Of a DNA stretch of 64,000 nt, positions 37,535 through 52,563 are shown in pieces (positions within the stretch are counted from its first letter, which is position 1; each line of letters opens with the position of its first letter). The notes under the pieces were generated by a model. It ran no database searches and was not told the DNA's origin. It worked only from the letters and a program-made list of their open reading frames with translations. The stretch is from Octopus sinensis (lineage: Eukaryota), in NCBI RefSeq assembly GCF_006345805.1, contig NC_043011.1:65422464-65486463 (forward strand), read 5' to 3'. The translations under genes and the position numbers were made by a program.

Positions 37535-39065
37535 TTTTTCTTCTTGTTTGATCTCAGAGTTGTGGCCATGCTGATGCATCGCCGTTTTGTGCTACACTGT
37601 TATTACGAAGGACCTCCTCTAATATGTGGTAGTTGGTGGAGAATGTAGTTTGACATAGCTACTCTAATTTGCACCTCTTACCGTGAGATAGGTTCATCTG
37701 GGACTCTCGACAAGAAAATGTCCAGCTTTGATTTAAAAACCGCTCCATCTACATTGTGCAAGTTCCTCAGACTCTTTGGGAGAATATTAAACAGCTGTGG
37801 GCCCTTGAAACCCAGGCTGTTGCAGAAGCTGGTCCTGAAGCGTGATTTCATTGCTGGGATTTTGGCACTATGCAGTGTCGTCCCGTTCTAGCATTGGTGT
37901 AGCATAAAATGCCAAAATTTGGCACAATTCTTTCCAGGATCTTCCAGATATATATCACTGCATATGGCTCCCGCCTTCTCTCCAGGAAGTAGTGTCTTAG
38001 CTGTTTTAACCAATCCCAGTAGCTGAGCTGTTGCAAAGAGACGATCTTCCTTGTGAATCTTCACTGGATTACTTGAAGATCCGCTGTTAATTTCACACTG
38101 GTGGGTGACCATAGCTGTGAACAGTAATCCAGGCGGCTTAGGACAAATGTCCGCCAGAGGACCATCATGGTTTCCTTATCTCTGGTTCTGAATGTTATTA
38201 GGATCCATCCAGCCAGTCGTCTGCACATTGTCCCCATCCTGGTAATGTGTACTTGGAAAGAGGTATCATCACCCATGTCGAATCCTGGGTCCCTCACAGA
38301 CTTAGGCTCTGGGATTGAAATTCCCTCTGGACCGGTGTATCCTGTAAGTTTAATATTCAGTTTGGGATGCTGGCAGCGCAGGGCCTGCTATTTTTCAGCA
38401 TTAAACTGCATATTATTATCCCCAGCCTATCTGTAGATTGAGTCCAGGTGTGCAACATCGCTGGGGTTCTGTATTTACTGCGAGACTTTCGTATCGTCTG
38501 CATAGCTTGCCAGAGTGGCTATCCGGGCATTAGAGGGCATATCTGGGAGGGCTACTATAAAAAGTAGTTGTCCCAAGACAGTACTCAGTTGAACACCGCT
38601 CACTATTTGTGTGTTCATAGAGGTGGCACCATTAACCACTACTGCCTCATTCCTATCTTTCAGGAAGTCATGTAACCACACAAGTTTTCCAGCTATGCCG
38701 TGGTCAAGCAGTTTGTGACAGAACATTCCATGATCCAACTTGTCAAAATCAAGGTAGATTACGTCCACATTTGATTTGTTGAGTAACTGCCTCAACGCCC
38801 AGTCATGATGTTGTAAGAGCTGAATCAGGCAGCTCCAACCTAGTAAAAAAACATGCTGGGTATTACTCAGCAAGTTATTTTCCTCAAGGAATGCGATTAA
38901 TTTCTTTCTGACTATCCGTTCCATGACTTTGATGATGTGTGAAGTCAGAGAGATAGGCCTATAGTTTTTGGCATCTGCTCTACTTCCACCTTTATGTATT
39001 GGGCATATTATTCTCTCCTTCAGTTTGAGTGGCAGCTTGTCATTCGCCAGAAAGCCCCGGAAGGG
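37535..39065 (-). mobile_element. CR1/L2-group LINE fragment (RT to 3' end), same family as 29648-33545
   Basis: [74 protein letters not shown]. Confidence 0.92.
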
Positions 39066-39082
39066 AATCTTGATGGGTTTTA

Positions 39083-39539
<457 letters not shown>

Positions 39540-40699
39540 ATCCATCTAATTGCGTGTGCGTTTGTGTGCGCGAATCCGTGTTGTGCATATTTCGGTGGCT
39601 AATTTGTAAATGAGTTTTCCTCATTAACTTTTTTTTCAAGGGGTTACAAAAAATTTCTGGAATGCTTTTATCGTTACGTCACACCTTATTGCTATAGACT
39701 GTTTAAAGAACATCACAGATGCGGCGTAAGTTAATTTCCCATTACAAAATTCATAGAATTTCTTGAAATACTTTTCCGTTCTGTCTTCGAATTCCCCTTG
39801 AAATATCTATAAATTTTGAGCAATGATTACTCTTGACTTTTCTATTCGTAATATATTTTTAATTTGTTTGCGAGGTATGGGTAGGAAAAATGAATAGTCT
39901 GTACTATCTAATTGATTTTTGCAGCACTGACATTCTTTTGCATTGCTATTAACTTTTCAATATAGAAACAATATACCATAAATGTTTTCGAAACTATTGC
40001 TGATGTTGATAGCAGAAAACACTTGAGAATGTTTTCTGTCATCATGAGACGGGTCGATACATTTAGATGCGAATTAAATTTCGTGAACAGACAATAACTG
40101 CTTTGAAGTATATAAGTGAGCTTTATTAAACACGGAAACCAGATTATTTACTACACTTAATTCCTTAAGTCGAACGAGAAGCTTCAATCCAAGCCCCAGA
40201 TGTCATTACAAAACGCTTCCTTATTTGGTGTTGTATTAAGTTGTGACTGGTGTAGTGTATATTTTAAACGCCACCAGAAGGATTCCATTTTTTATAAAGC
40301 TCATGTATCACTAGTAAAGTCAGTGAAGTTCATTGTTTTACTAACTACATAGAAAACATTTTGTAAACTCGCTCCTGACAAATTCTCTGTCAAGAGAAAC
40401 AGACTATTCAAAATTAAACAAAAAATTAAATATTAGCAAATATAAGTCTCTAGTATTAGTGTCATTCATGAGAATCGATCTTGAAGGTATAGTGTTCTAA
40501 AAACCAGCGCCGCATTTGTTTTCATGCTTTCGTATTGAATCTACAATACAATTTAAATTGGGAGCAAGAATGACAGGTAGTATAAGAGATAATATAATTG
40601 CATACATCGCTTAAGATATCTAGAATGATAACCTTTATACCCCCCTCATTAGGATATACATACACACATACATAAATATACATGCATATACATACATAA

Positions 40700-40808
<109 letters not shown>

Positions 40809-41377
40809 TGTGTGTTTTTGTGTAGATAAATTAAATCCAGATTTGCAAAATTCTTTGTCTTTCAACATATATGTTATTTCTTTGCAGAACCTAGGCAATC
40901 CTTCTAGCGTTAAGGTAAGTGATTTCATTCTAACAAGTCCCCCAGCAACCTGTTTATACTGCAATATCTTTGACCGAATCCCATTTCACTTGAGAACTTT
41001 CTTCAGGAATATTAGTATAAATTACGGAGATGTACTTGCATAGCAAATGACCTGATTTGAATCGTGTGCTGGAACGAAAACACTCGCAGTGTGGAAGATG
41101 TTTATATGCCATTTAAGAAACTCAGAAAAAACGTCAGATTCAATTTAACATCAAAATTTAATTTGCCAAAATATTTTCGTCGCTTTGAGACCGCGACCTG
41201 TTCCCTCACAAAATTCATTGCTGCGTCTGTGATAATTGTAAGTATAATTACGGATTGCTTTATGCATTACAATAGTAACATCATAGCAACAAATATTCAA
41301 GCATTTTCTACATTTATTATTAGATAGCGGTCAAATAACATGAGATATTTACGAGTTGACAACTGCGTGAATATTAC

Positions 41378-42014
41378 AATATCAAAACATTCATTACTGA
41401 TTGCATAATTGTTTTGATATTATTATATAAATATTTAAGATACATCTACAATAAGGAGTTAGAAATCTCATTAATATGCAGAGGTGAAACTCATAGTACC
41501 TTTTGCTATATAATTTCAGGGTGAAACTACTAATGAAGGTCATACACATTCACGTTAAGGTGAAGGAAGTTGTTGCAATATTTCTATTCAAATTCTGCGG
41601 AGGTTGCCTTTCGTCGTTTCGGGGTTGATAAATTAAATACCAGTTGCTTACTGAGGTCGATCAAATCAAATGTCCCGCTCCCGCACAATAATAATAATGA
41701 TAATATTACCTGCCTTGTGCCCAGAGTAGAACAGAATATATTGTATTGGTCCTCTATAGTGAACAGCTATAACAACACGATTGCCTCGGCTCATAACCAA
41801 CACACATCGCCTGAAAGAAACAGCAAGAAATAAGTTAGCCCTCCCCCAGAGAAGGTTTGAACCCGGTTTTTCTCTTCTGCAAAGTGCACCACATTGAACT
41901 CACAAGTATGTGGCACCCTGGTACCGGCCTAATTTTTTCTGTAATTTAAACTGAATCATCATCATTTGTTAATGACTGGAAGAATATAATATGTCAGTTC
42001 CTTGTATAATTAAC
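41378..42014. repeat. Inverted partner of 13549-14205
   Basis: Reverse-complement alignment by eye. Lacks a ~24-bp block present at ~13603-13627. Confidence 0.85.
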
Positions 42015-42469
42015 GTTGAACTAATTTGAACATACGTGGATTCCAGATTTATGTATATATATATCCTTTTCTCCAATTCTCGTTCCAGATCTCCTTACAA
42101 AGAATATTCCTTGCTTCATTCGCGGTTCAATTATTAAAGCAAAAATAAGGGCAGTGGTGAAATAATGATGTGCATGAGTTATTCCGTAATTCACAGTTGT
42201 AGTACAAACTTAAATATTTGAAATGTGTTGTAATGGGAACAGATTAACGAATAAGAATTTTTCCTTCATATAAGGGTCACAGGTTCTGAAATTCTGTATA
42301 ACCAATATCTAGAGGTGACTCTTTTGAAAATAATCAGAAAAAAATAAAGAAGAAAATGTTCACATATTGTTAGTGTTAATATTATTAGTAGATAAACGCG
42401 TTGTTATACCAATTGCAATATATTTAATGTGTGCGTGGCTGTATTTATATATATGTGCGTAGATATAAT

Positions 42470-42501
<32 letters not shown>

Positions 42502-42534
42502 CATATATATATATATATATATAAATATATATAC

Positions 42535-42589
<55 letters not shown>

Positions 42590-45563
42590 TGTGTGGAAAA
42601 GCAAGATACACATAAAGGATGAAATGAGAGAAGTGTACGAAAGATTTTACATGGGATGAGAAGAAAGAAAGCCTGAAGTAATATATTTCGGGGAATCGCC
42701 TCGAAGTTTAGAACGAATAATCAAAGAAACCCGGTATATATTATAAGAATGCGTTCATTGGTACTATATAACTGGAGAAATACAATTCCGTTCGATAGAA
42801 AATAATGATACACACACATATATTAGCTTGCGATATACAGACGGAATCAAATTCAAAATCAAATTAGTCACGTGTCTCAATATGATGTGTTTAATCAAGC
42901 TTTCAATTAATATGTAAGATTAGACCAGGAACAGCAATTTCGCTATAGTTACTGCGGCGGATTATTATTGGACGCTACTTTATGAGAGGCATGATAAATC
43001 ACAAAGAGTGATAATGTCAGAAATGAAAGACACCACAATGTACCACACAGATACACACACAACAAAACCGTAAAAGTATAACAAAAGTATAACAGTGAGA
43101 AGATTAAAACTGTTTGCACGTCTTACACATTCGCAAGTTCAAAGACATTCACCCAGATTGCTAAGTTAACCCCAAGATATACATATACACGGGCATGCAT
43201 ACTTTACCCATGTATTTAAATGGAATGTTTTATCACAGGATAGGAGGTGTAAACGTGTAACACAGGATGAGAAGTGGTAAGGAAGTGTACAGATTCGGAG
43301 ATAGTTCACACAATGTGAAGAAATTATATATAGTTGTTCATCGATTGAGCAATTTATTAGTTGTCTAATGATAGAAGATTAATCATAAATGTTGCGGCTG
43401 GAGATCCACCATCTATTACAAGTGTATCAATTTGAAATAACTTTTTTCTCATGAAGGTTTTTACAGCAATTACTAAACCTAAAATATTAATGGTACATGA
43501 TCAGTCCCTAACACACACACACATAATCACAGGCATATTCACCCTCTCACTCGCTAGCATCTAATAACTGAGTTTCGTATTTATAGTTGCAATGGTGAAA
43601 GCCTGGATAATAATAACAATGGGAGAATTTCAAATAAACAGAACAAAATACACCAATATTTAGTACCACCTTCTCATAGACCCTACCAATAAAATCTGCA
43701 ATGTTTGTCCCAAACAAAACAATTTCATCAACAATGTCGTACTACAATCTTTTTGAAAGCATATCCGCCATCGCCGCTGATCAAACCACGCAGCGTGTAG
43801 TAAGCGTGACGGGATAGAAGTTAATTAGATCAAAGTTACAAAGCCATTAAAAAGAGAAACAAGAAAGAGCAGATCGAACCGCTGTTAGATACCAACAGAT
43901 AGATGCCTCCTAACGACCATGCACCACCACCAAGGAGAACAGCGTCTACATTATGAATATACACTCCATCATCTCCACCCACAACTCCACTATCGGCACT
44001 ATCACAGGTATATGCACAATCAAATTTATAAGCAAATCTCATTACATCACACAACATAAACAACAGTAAGAAATTGCAAGATGCACACCCAGAAACACAG
44101 ACAATTATAATCTGATTAATTATATACAGAAACATATAAACAGCGCAATAAACACCCCGAATAATTTAAAGCCTATGAGTTAAAACTAAACGAAATATGT
44201 ACGGAACTGCTCGGGAAATACCCACAGTTTGCATCAAAGACAAACGACCCACCTATCTGCAGAAACAAAATAAGCGGCTGTTTTATGCCACTTTTCAAAA
44301 ATGCATTTCACCACAATATACGTACATGAGGCTAGAGTCGACCTGGAAGGACAGCTGTCTACTCCAAAAGGTCAGGCTACTAAATTTAGCTTAGACGAGA
44401 CCTCATTTTCTGATCAGGTAGGAGTTTCGTCGTTGATACAATAATTAGTTCTATATATTGCTTTCTATAGAGGTTTGGTTCGTGCGGTGTGTTATGCCCA
44501 TTGAAGGCTTTGAAGAAATGGTGATTTTATCAATGCCGCTTCTGGGCGAGGTGGGATCCCATTGCTGTTGTATGTATTCAGATTTGTAGTAGCGGAATAA
44601 TCATTAGTATTCGTATTACTGAACCGGTTTTGGTTTCTAGGTGTTGTATTATATATTAACAGGAAGGTTTTTATCCATTATAGGAAGCAAATGTGGATCC
44701 TGTATAAGATGTGGTGGAAGAAGAGAATTGAGGTTTTATTAGAAATAGGGTAACGTTCATAATTTAGTGGAAAATATTAGCTAAGGGTGAAAGGCGATGT
44801 AAACCATGAGGTCTCCCGCTTTCAGTACCCCGTAGGGCATAGGGCGCAAAGGTATGATGGATAGCTCTAGTTCAGAATGTTTGAAGTTAGCATGCTTGGA
44901 GATGGTCGGAGAGAAGGGTGAATAAAGCGCATTGCGGGATTGCGTTAGGCCTGCCTGGTCTGCGATGTTTATTGGGAAAGCGAATTGCGTGTTACAACTT
45001 TACTCCAGTGTTTGGGATCTTGGAGATTTTGCCGTAACCACTTTTGGTTATAATATCACTCAAGATTATAAAAGATGTCCTCAGTTGCTGATATGTTAGA
45101 TATTTTAATGGAAACATCGGTGACGATGCTTTTACAGGCAAGTTCAAGATGATTGGTTTAGTCTCTTATATATTGCAGCAATATATTCATGGGGTTAATG
45201 TAAATTCTGCATCTAAGTCGAGAGAAACACATCTAAGAAGTGAGCTATTTGGATGTTATTTCCATAGGATTTAATAATGTAATAATTTTCAAAGATACGT
45301 CGGTGGAGATCCAAGTGTATTCCCCGAACGTTCGAGATAAAGTAGTGGCATTGAAAAGTGAACTATGTACGTTATGGACCAAGGAAATTGTTTAGAAATT
45401 GTTGGTTAATCTTGGAATAAAAGAATAGATGAACTAGGTCAGTACCCGGTGATATACCACACATCAAATACACACTCACTGATACACTTACACATACACG
45501 CACACACACACACACATACACATACATACACACGTTCAGACACCAACACACATACACGTATAC

Positions 45564-45611
<48 letters not shown>

Positions 45612-45673
45612 TAGCTGAAGGTGACCCGCTCTACGCGCGGGTAAGAGTGTGGTATATATATATAAATGTATAC

Positions 45674-45729
<56 letters not shown>

Positions 45730-46599
45730 CAGATATATGCACTTTGTATATATAAAAATTATTATATATACATATTTATACATAGATACACACACACATA
45801 TATAAATTAACCCAATAAATATCTGATTCATAATATTTGTTGTCATGATTGAGTGGCTGTGGTGGCGATGATAATTCTCTCTATGAATGCAGACAGACGT
45901 AGAGAATGAGAGTGTGTGAAAGTGCTGTGGAAGGCAGGGAGGGGGGATAACGTACGCTGTGAAACGACGTTATAAAGAGAAAGTGAATGTAAGGTAGTTA
46001 GACGCTGTGAAACGACGTTATAGATAGAATGTGAAAGGAAGGGAGAAAAGTGAGTGAGTGGTGGAGGAAGACATACATAAAAGAATGAGAGTGTTGGATG
46101 TTTTGTTTGTTGGACCAACGTATGAAGGTAGTATTGTTTTATTGTTTTCAAACGAAAGAGGTAATGTGTTTGTTTCAGAAATTAAAACATCTGTAATAGT
46201 GAATGAAATTAGAATTCACACCCAGCTCAGTTTTGTAGAAAGAGTATCACGATGTGAACTAATGAGTTGGGAGTTTGACTGAGAGAGTTTATATGGTGAC
46301 ACATGCCAGTCCTTTCGACACCACCTAAACAATGGAATAGTGTATAAAATGTAATTAACAACTCATTCACTTTAAGAATGTCTTATGTTAGCGAAGAAAC
46401 AATAACTTGACAAAACCGTTTAATGGAGACGTAGAAGGAATCGGAAAATGAAGAATAAAGAGAATGAGTTGGATCAAATGTTTGCAAACATCTAAACCCA
46501 CCGTTTTTTATGAACCATGTTCTTTTTAATGTCTTTATTTTCAAGAATGAAGAGATAATGAAGAGGTGCAACATAAAAAATCAAGCAAAATTTCATGAC

Positions 46600-48035
46600 T
46601 TACAATAAGTTTTCTTTTGTCAGAGCCTCCTGATAAACCACGTTCCTTGTGCGCTCATGATTGCCAAGAATGGAGAGTTTATGTGGATTTCCAACTCGGG
46701 AACAGGCTACGTACAATTGACCATGACTGAAAACCGGTTGTGACAGGTTAATGCCTACAATGTCCAGTGATTGTCCCTGTGACCTGTTGATTGTCATTGC
46801 GAAGCATAGTTTTATCGGAAATTGAAATCGTTTAAACTGAATGGGAATATCAGAGGGTGAAATACGCATTTCATGTATCATTTTGATTGTTCCTACAAAT
46901 GATCCACTCAAAATTTCAGCAGTTATAACATGGCTTTGAATCCTCCTAATAACCATTCGGGTTCCATTGCATATTTCAGGCGTTTCCATATTTCTGAGCA
47001 CCATGATTGGAGCACCAACTTTCAAACATAAATGATGAGGTGGAAGTCCCGGAGGTGTTAGCTTGTTGATTAGCTCGGGTGGATATTTGACTGCATCATT
47101 CTCATCTTTATTTGTATCGATGGACATGAAAGAAACTATCTCACCAGGATTCATATCAAGTACTTGTTTATTTGTAGCATGAGCTGTTGTATTATGACGC
47201 GATAGAATAGCTCTTGCTCTTAGCCAATCGAAATCCTGGAAGTTGGTTTCGACGTCAGGTAAAACGGCTCTTATAAGTTCTTCTACATTTGGAACGAAAT
47301 TCCCAAAAGGCAGCCGAATATGCTCATCATCAACAAAAGGCAAAACTCCATCACCAAGATCTAATAGGTGTTTTGCGAAAGCCTCAGACTCCACATCACC
47401 ATGTAGGTGGACTCTCAGTTTGTTTGAAGATGGCCACTGATAACACTGTGCCACACATAAGAATGCTTTATACATGCATTAACCTCATCGGCTTTAGTGC
47501 CTGCTCGGACAACAGGAAGAGTTTGTCGAAAATCTCCTGCCATGAGAAACGTAGCTCCACCCATTATTTTTGTATTTTGACGCAAATCTTGGAGAGTTCT
47601 GTCAAGAGCCTCAAACATGGCCTTATTACTCATTGTAGCCTCATCCCCAATAAAAAGACTGCATTCACGAAGAAGTCTTGCTCTTGAGGAACTACGGTCT
47701 ATATTACATTTAGGATGATCTTTCTTTACAATGTCCATGGGCAATTTGAATGCACTATGTGCCGTACGGCTGCCTTGAAGCAGTGTCGCTGCAATACCAC
47801 TTGAGGCACATGCAATGGCAATTCGACGTTCAGCGAGCAGCTTTGCGAGAATCAAATTGATAACGAAAGTTTTACCAGTACCACCTGGAGCATTCAAAAA
47901 GAAAAGCTTTCCTTGGTTCAATCTAACGCTGTCAATAATTTCATTATAAATCTCTCTTTGTTCAGGCAAAAGTCTTGGTTCATCTCGCGTACTTGTTTCC
48001 GTCAATTCGGCAATGTTGTAGTTTTTTTCTGACAT
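46600..48035 (-). pseudogene. Pif1-family (SF1B) helicase domain of Helitron RepHel, one frameshift near 47420
   Basis: Walker A LNAPGGTGKTF, IGDEATM, GDFRQTLPV, NGTRMVI, QFPIKLCFAMTINRSQGQSL, HGQLYVACSRV. Confidence 0.95.
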
Positions 48036-49060
48036 TCATTCAACATCCAAAGGCGCTTCATGATGGACAGGTGTTGGCAGATGGAACTCACTTAAACCGC
48101 GTATAACATATCGTCTGATGTGTCTGTCCATGTCGATTAATGTCTCATTATAAACATCGTCGTTGCCATCACGTAGCGTTAAATTAGCCTGCATGTCCTT
48201 TGATAGGCTCTGTCTGAACGATTCCCAAAGGTTAAAAGGGTTGCTGGGATTACAGTGGATTAATTTGCTGCAAAACGATCGACGCATTTGCCATGGCAGT
48301 TTACAATTTGAGGCCTCTGCTAATGTCCTGTGTAAGTGGTCGTCATTGAGAAGAAGTCCGCACCTCAAACATGCTTCCCTGTAAGTGGCGCAGATGATAC
48401 CATCATCCGTGCGAAGATCAGCAAAAGACTTCGGTCCAGTAACTACATGAAGTAGCATTCTCAAAGAGACTTCCTGTTTGGTAGGATGAATATTATACAC
48501 ACGCCCAATGACGTTCTTCCTAGAAACACCTGGCCAATTGTCAAGTTCTGTTCCATGTGACCTGCGCTTCCAATTATTATTGCTGTATGTGTAATATTCC
48601 GGTACTTCAGGGTAAATGAGAGTAGCAGCAAACTCAGCAACTGAACACAATTTAAAAAATGCTGTAAGCGTAGTCCCTTTTGGATTTTCAATGACTTGAC
48701 GTGCATTTTTCTCTGTGAAGTAAACCAGCTGTCTCTTCTGTAAATGAACATTCAGGTGGAAAACTGATGGTGAGCTTAGATGAATCTCGTATCCAAAAAT
48801 GCGCCACGCTGCATACTTGGAGGATACATACCTACCGAAAATTTAATTTCGTCATGTCTAAGGTCTTCATCGCTGAACACAAACACGGCCATATCATCGC
48901 CCTTATTAATGTACTTGCAGAGGTATTGTATGCATCTCACCGAACTGCAGTACTCAACATTAATTTGTGCATTAAATGTTTTGGAAAGCAAAGGGTTGAA
49001 TGGATCAACATCGAATGTTTTTAGCCGTTGTCTAATTGTAGTTGTGCGGCCACCCAAACC
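48036..49060 (-). pseudogene. C-terminal part of the Helitron Rep (HUH) domain and linker
   Basis: PFNPLLSKTFNAQINVEYCSSVRCIQYLCKYINKG (catalytic-Tyr motif), YPEVPEYYT, LRMLLHVVTGPKSFADLRT..TYREAC...GLL. Confidence 0.9.
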
Positions 49061-49693
49061 TGGGTCACATATATGAAAGAGAGGACGGGAAATTGAAATA
49101 TTTTGCAATGTAAACATGATTTGTTTTAAGAGAAAGATTGTCATGATTGTGTGTTGGTGGTGGCGATGATAATTATCATTAGGAAAAACATAAGTTGTGG
49201 CGATGATAATTCTAGACCCCTTTTCACATTTTGATGAAGAGAACCCGATTTCATTCGGGTCTACTGGGGCCACATATAGGTGTGTGTGTGTGTGCACGCT
49301 GTAGAAGTTGACAGGTAGACAATAGAATGCGATGGCGATGGGGATGGCGATGTAATATTTGTTTCTGTCTATGATCACTAATAGATACATGAGTAAAATG
49401 TATAGGAAGGTAAGAGATAGAGTGAGTGAAAATGTTCTTGGAAGAGTGTAAATAGCGAGAGAGTGATTTGCGGAAGACTTTACATTAAATAACGGTATTT
49501 GCATTGTCAAATGAAGAGGAGTGAGAGGGTACTGGAGGAAATAGGGTGAGTGAGGAAGATGGCCCCTAGCAACCACACCTTCTAAGGTAGCCCATGAGCA
49601 TCGTCACCTCATTCTACATGTCCCTGTAAATTTTGGAGCGAATCGGACGGGATGTAGTGGCATTGAAAGCGATCCAAGCGGTAAAAACGCATT

Positions 49694-49853
<160 letters not shown>

Positions 49854-50123
49854 TGACTTTATATCATGAGGAAAAATGCATCTAAGATATTTATATATTT
49901 ATATAAAATTCGAACGAAACAGCTGATGGAAGGTGTTAATGCCATTTGCACTTGCATTTTATACCTACACCTCCCCAAGGAACCGCTCGAATTCAGTTTT
50001 TGAAAACTGGATTTGATACTTACGTATGAAAGCTATGCTTCATATACATTGGAATATTCAAGATATTGATGAACTCCGAGTGAGAATATGTAAATGACTA
50101 TAAACACATATTCACTTATTTAA

Positions 50124-50228
<105 letters not shown>

Positions 50229-51113
50229 TTATAAAAAAGAAGTTTGAAAACGCCACTATATTAGATAAATTCTAATTTTCTTATGAATTTTACATGTTTC
50301 GGTTCTTGAAAAAACGAGCCTTATCAAAAATATTATAAAAAGTGAAAATTGAAAAGTTCATAATCGTTTCTTACTGTTCTCAATAGAATCCATGTGGTGG
50401 TGTTTTGTTGGTAGTTGGTATAATCGCTATATTCCTGTTGAGTGTATTGAAGAAGTCCATTTTTGTTTCTTGCTGGTATTAAAAGGAACCGCTTTTTTGT
50501 TACCTTGTGTTCCAATGGTAGCAACAGTAGTGATTGTTGGTCGTAGTAGATGGTTGTAATTTTGGCAACCTTGGTGGTGGTTAGGGTTAATAGTAGAGGA
50601 CTGTTGATCGTAGCAGCAAAAGTGGTGGGTTCACTGGCACTGTTCACCGACGTCACATAATTCCAAACCAATCAAAACCAAACTTCAACGAATACAAGGT
50701 AAAGACACACAACTGTATCCGGTAAGGAAACCAACCAAGTAGAACGACAGGCTTGACCACGGAAGAAAAACCTCATCAATTTTTTAACGAATCAAAATCA
50801 GATCTGCTCGCAGAAAAAAATTTGTTTATAAATTCATTTTTCCCTAAAACATACCACTGCAAGCGGGAGTGACTGTTTAAAGATCTGAGAAATTGTAATT
50901 CCACAATTGTAATTGTGGTAGAATTTCATTTTTTTTTTCGGAAAACCAATGTTTTGTTCTAATATTCCTGGCCCAGGGTGTTCAAACTTGGTCAACATTT
51001 TTTGATGAAATAAAGTTCTTTAGTTTGGCGTTGGGTGAAGGTTACGCTGTCACTGAATTTGTAAAGTGGGTAAGTTGTAAATTTCGGATTTTCATTTGTA
51101 GCACATCTATCTA

Positions 51114-51735
51114 TGTGTCAGCTGACCGTAATGTTCCGGTATTCAGGATTTCTAATTTGGGATTTATGCACCGCCATCCTTTTACGTAAGCTATTTTTTG
51201 TATGGCCTATATACTGCCTGTTGCAGCCTGCGCATGTTAAGACGTAAATTAAGTTTTCTGATGCACAGGTGAAGTTTGTTCTAATGGTGAACTGATGGCC
51301 TTGTTTTAGTATAAATTCTGAACCTTCTACCAAGATGACACAGATTCCGCAGTTGGGCCTTCCACATTTTCTAACTGCTGGTTTTGTGGTTGATGTTGAG
51401 TGCAGTTTAGCTTGGGTTAAAATGCTCTTCAAGGATTTTGGTTGCCGTTTACTTTTAATGATGGTGTGTGTTTCCAGGATCTGGTTCATCTTTGGGTCTC
51501 CCTTTAGTAGTGCTGTGCTTTGTAGTATGACGCTGAAGGCCTCATTGTTTAGTGGGTTGTGTGTAGAGATGTAGGGAAGGGTTTTTAATTTTTCTTTCTT
51601 TTTAGGTTTTGTTTGTCTCAGGTCTTCTATACTTAATGTAAGTGCCCGTTTGATTGCACTGTCTATTAGGGGCTGTGGATAATTTATGTTTATGAGTGTA
51701 GTTCTAAGTTCCTGGAGACGTCTGTGTCGGGTGTT
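51114..51735 (-). mobile_element. Penelope-like element fragment: RT C-terminus, CxxxxCxxC linker and GIY-YIG endonuclease
   Basis: Open frame: NYPQPLIDSAI, LPYISTHNP, CGRPNCGIC, TCASENLIYVLTCAGCNRQYIGHT, RKRMAVHKSQI. Confidence 0.93.
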
Positions 51736-51750
51736 TGTATATATATATAT

Positions 51751-51788
<38 letters not shown>

Positions 51789-52370
51789 GCGCACACACAC
51801 ACTATAGATGATATGGTTTCCTGATGCGGTCCCTTTTTAGAGAATGTGCATAAATTTTAAGGGTTTTGACAGGATCTTAGCGTAAAATTTGCAGGTTGAT
51901 AAAAATAGATTAAAGTTCATATACGTATATATTTGCGTTTCGCAAAATATTCGATCGAATTCTTTGGCATGTATTAGTTAAAGAATGCGGAATATAATTC
52001 TAGATATATAACTATTATTCATAGTGTGCATATAAGCGATGTTGAAGAATTTGCCAATGGTGGAGAGGTGGCCATGAGGATGTGTGAACATGCTTTATCT
52101 TTTGAATGTCGTTTTGTTTATTGCACAATCACTCGGGGAAATTCATTTCACTAATATTCAAACGGTTCTGTATTGATATCAGATGGTATTACGTCGATCT
52201 ATTCAACGTTACACCGTTCCTGCATGAAATCGTCTGTTAGATAATCATTAAGAGACATGTTAAATATGAAACTGAAATATGACGTATTACCTTTAATGTA
52301 ACTCGGAAAGGATTACCTTCTCTTCTACAATATTACTGTTTGTAACCTATATTGTAGTTTAGAGGATATA

Positions 52371-52563
52371 AGGCGGCGAGCTGGCAGATACGATAGCACG
52401 CCGGGCGAAATGTGTAGCCGTATTTCGTCTGCCGTTACGTTCTGGGTTCAAATTCCGCCGAGGTCCACTTTGCCTTTCACACTTTCAGGGTCGAGAAGTT
52501 AAGTACCTGTTTTTTGCACTGGGGTCGATGTTCTCGACTTAATCCCTTTGTCTGTCCTTGTTT
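52371..52563 (+). mobile_element. tRNA-derived SINE
   Basis: GGCGGCGAGCTGGCAG head, GGGTTCAAATTCC B-box. Confidence 0.9.

Noticed and set aside
44400-45300. Possible very old Penelope RT remnant
   Set aside because: No motif could be read with confidence in any frame.
50333-50671. Thr-rich 112-aa minus-strand ORF
   Set aside because: No recognisable domain, start context or splice sites. Cannot be supported as a gene.
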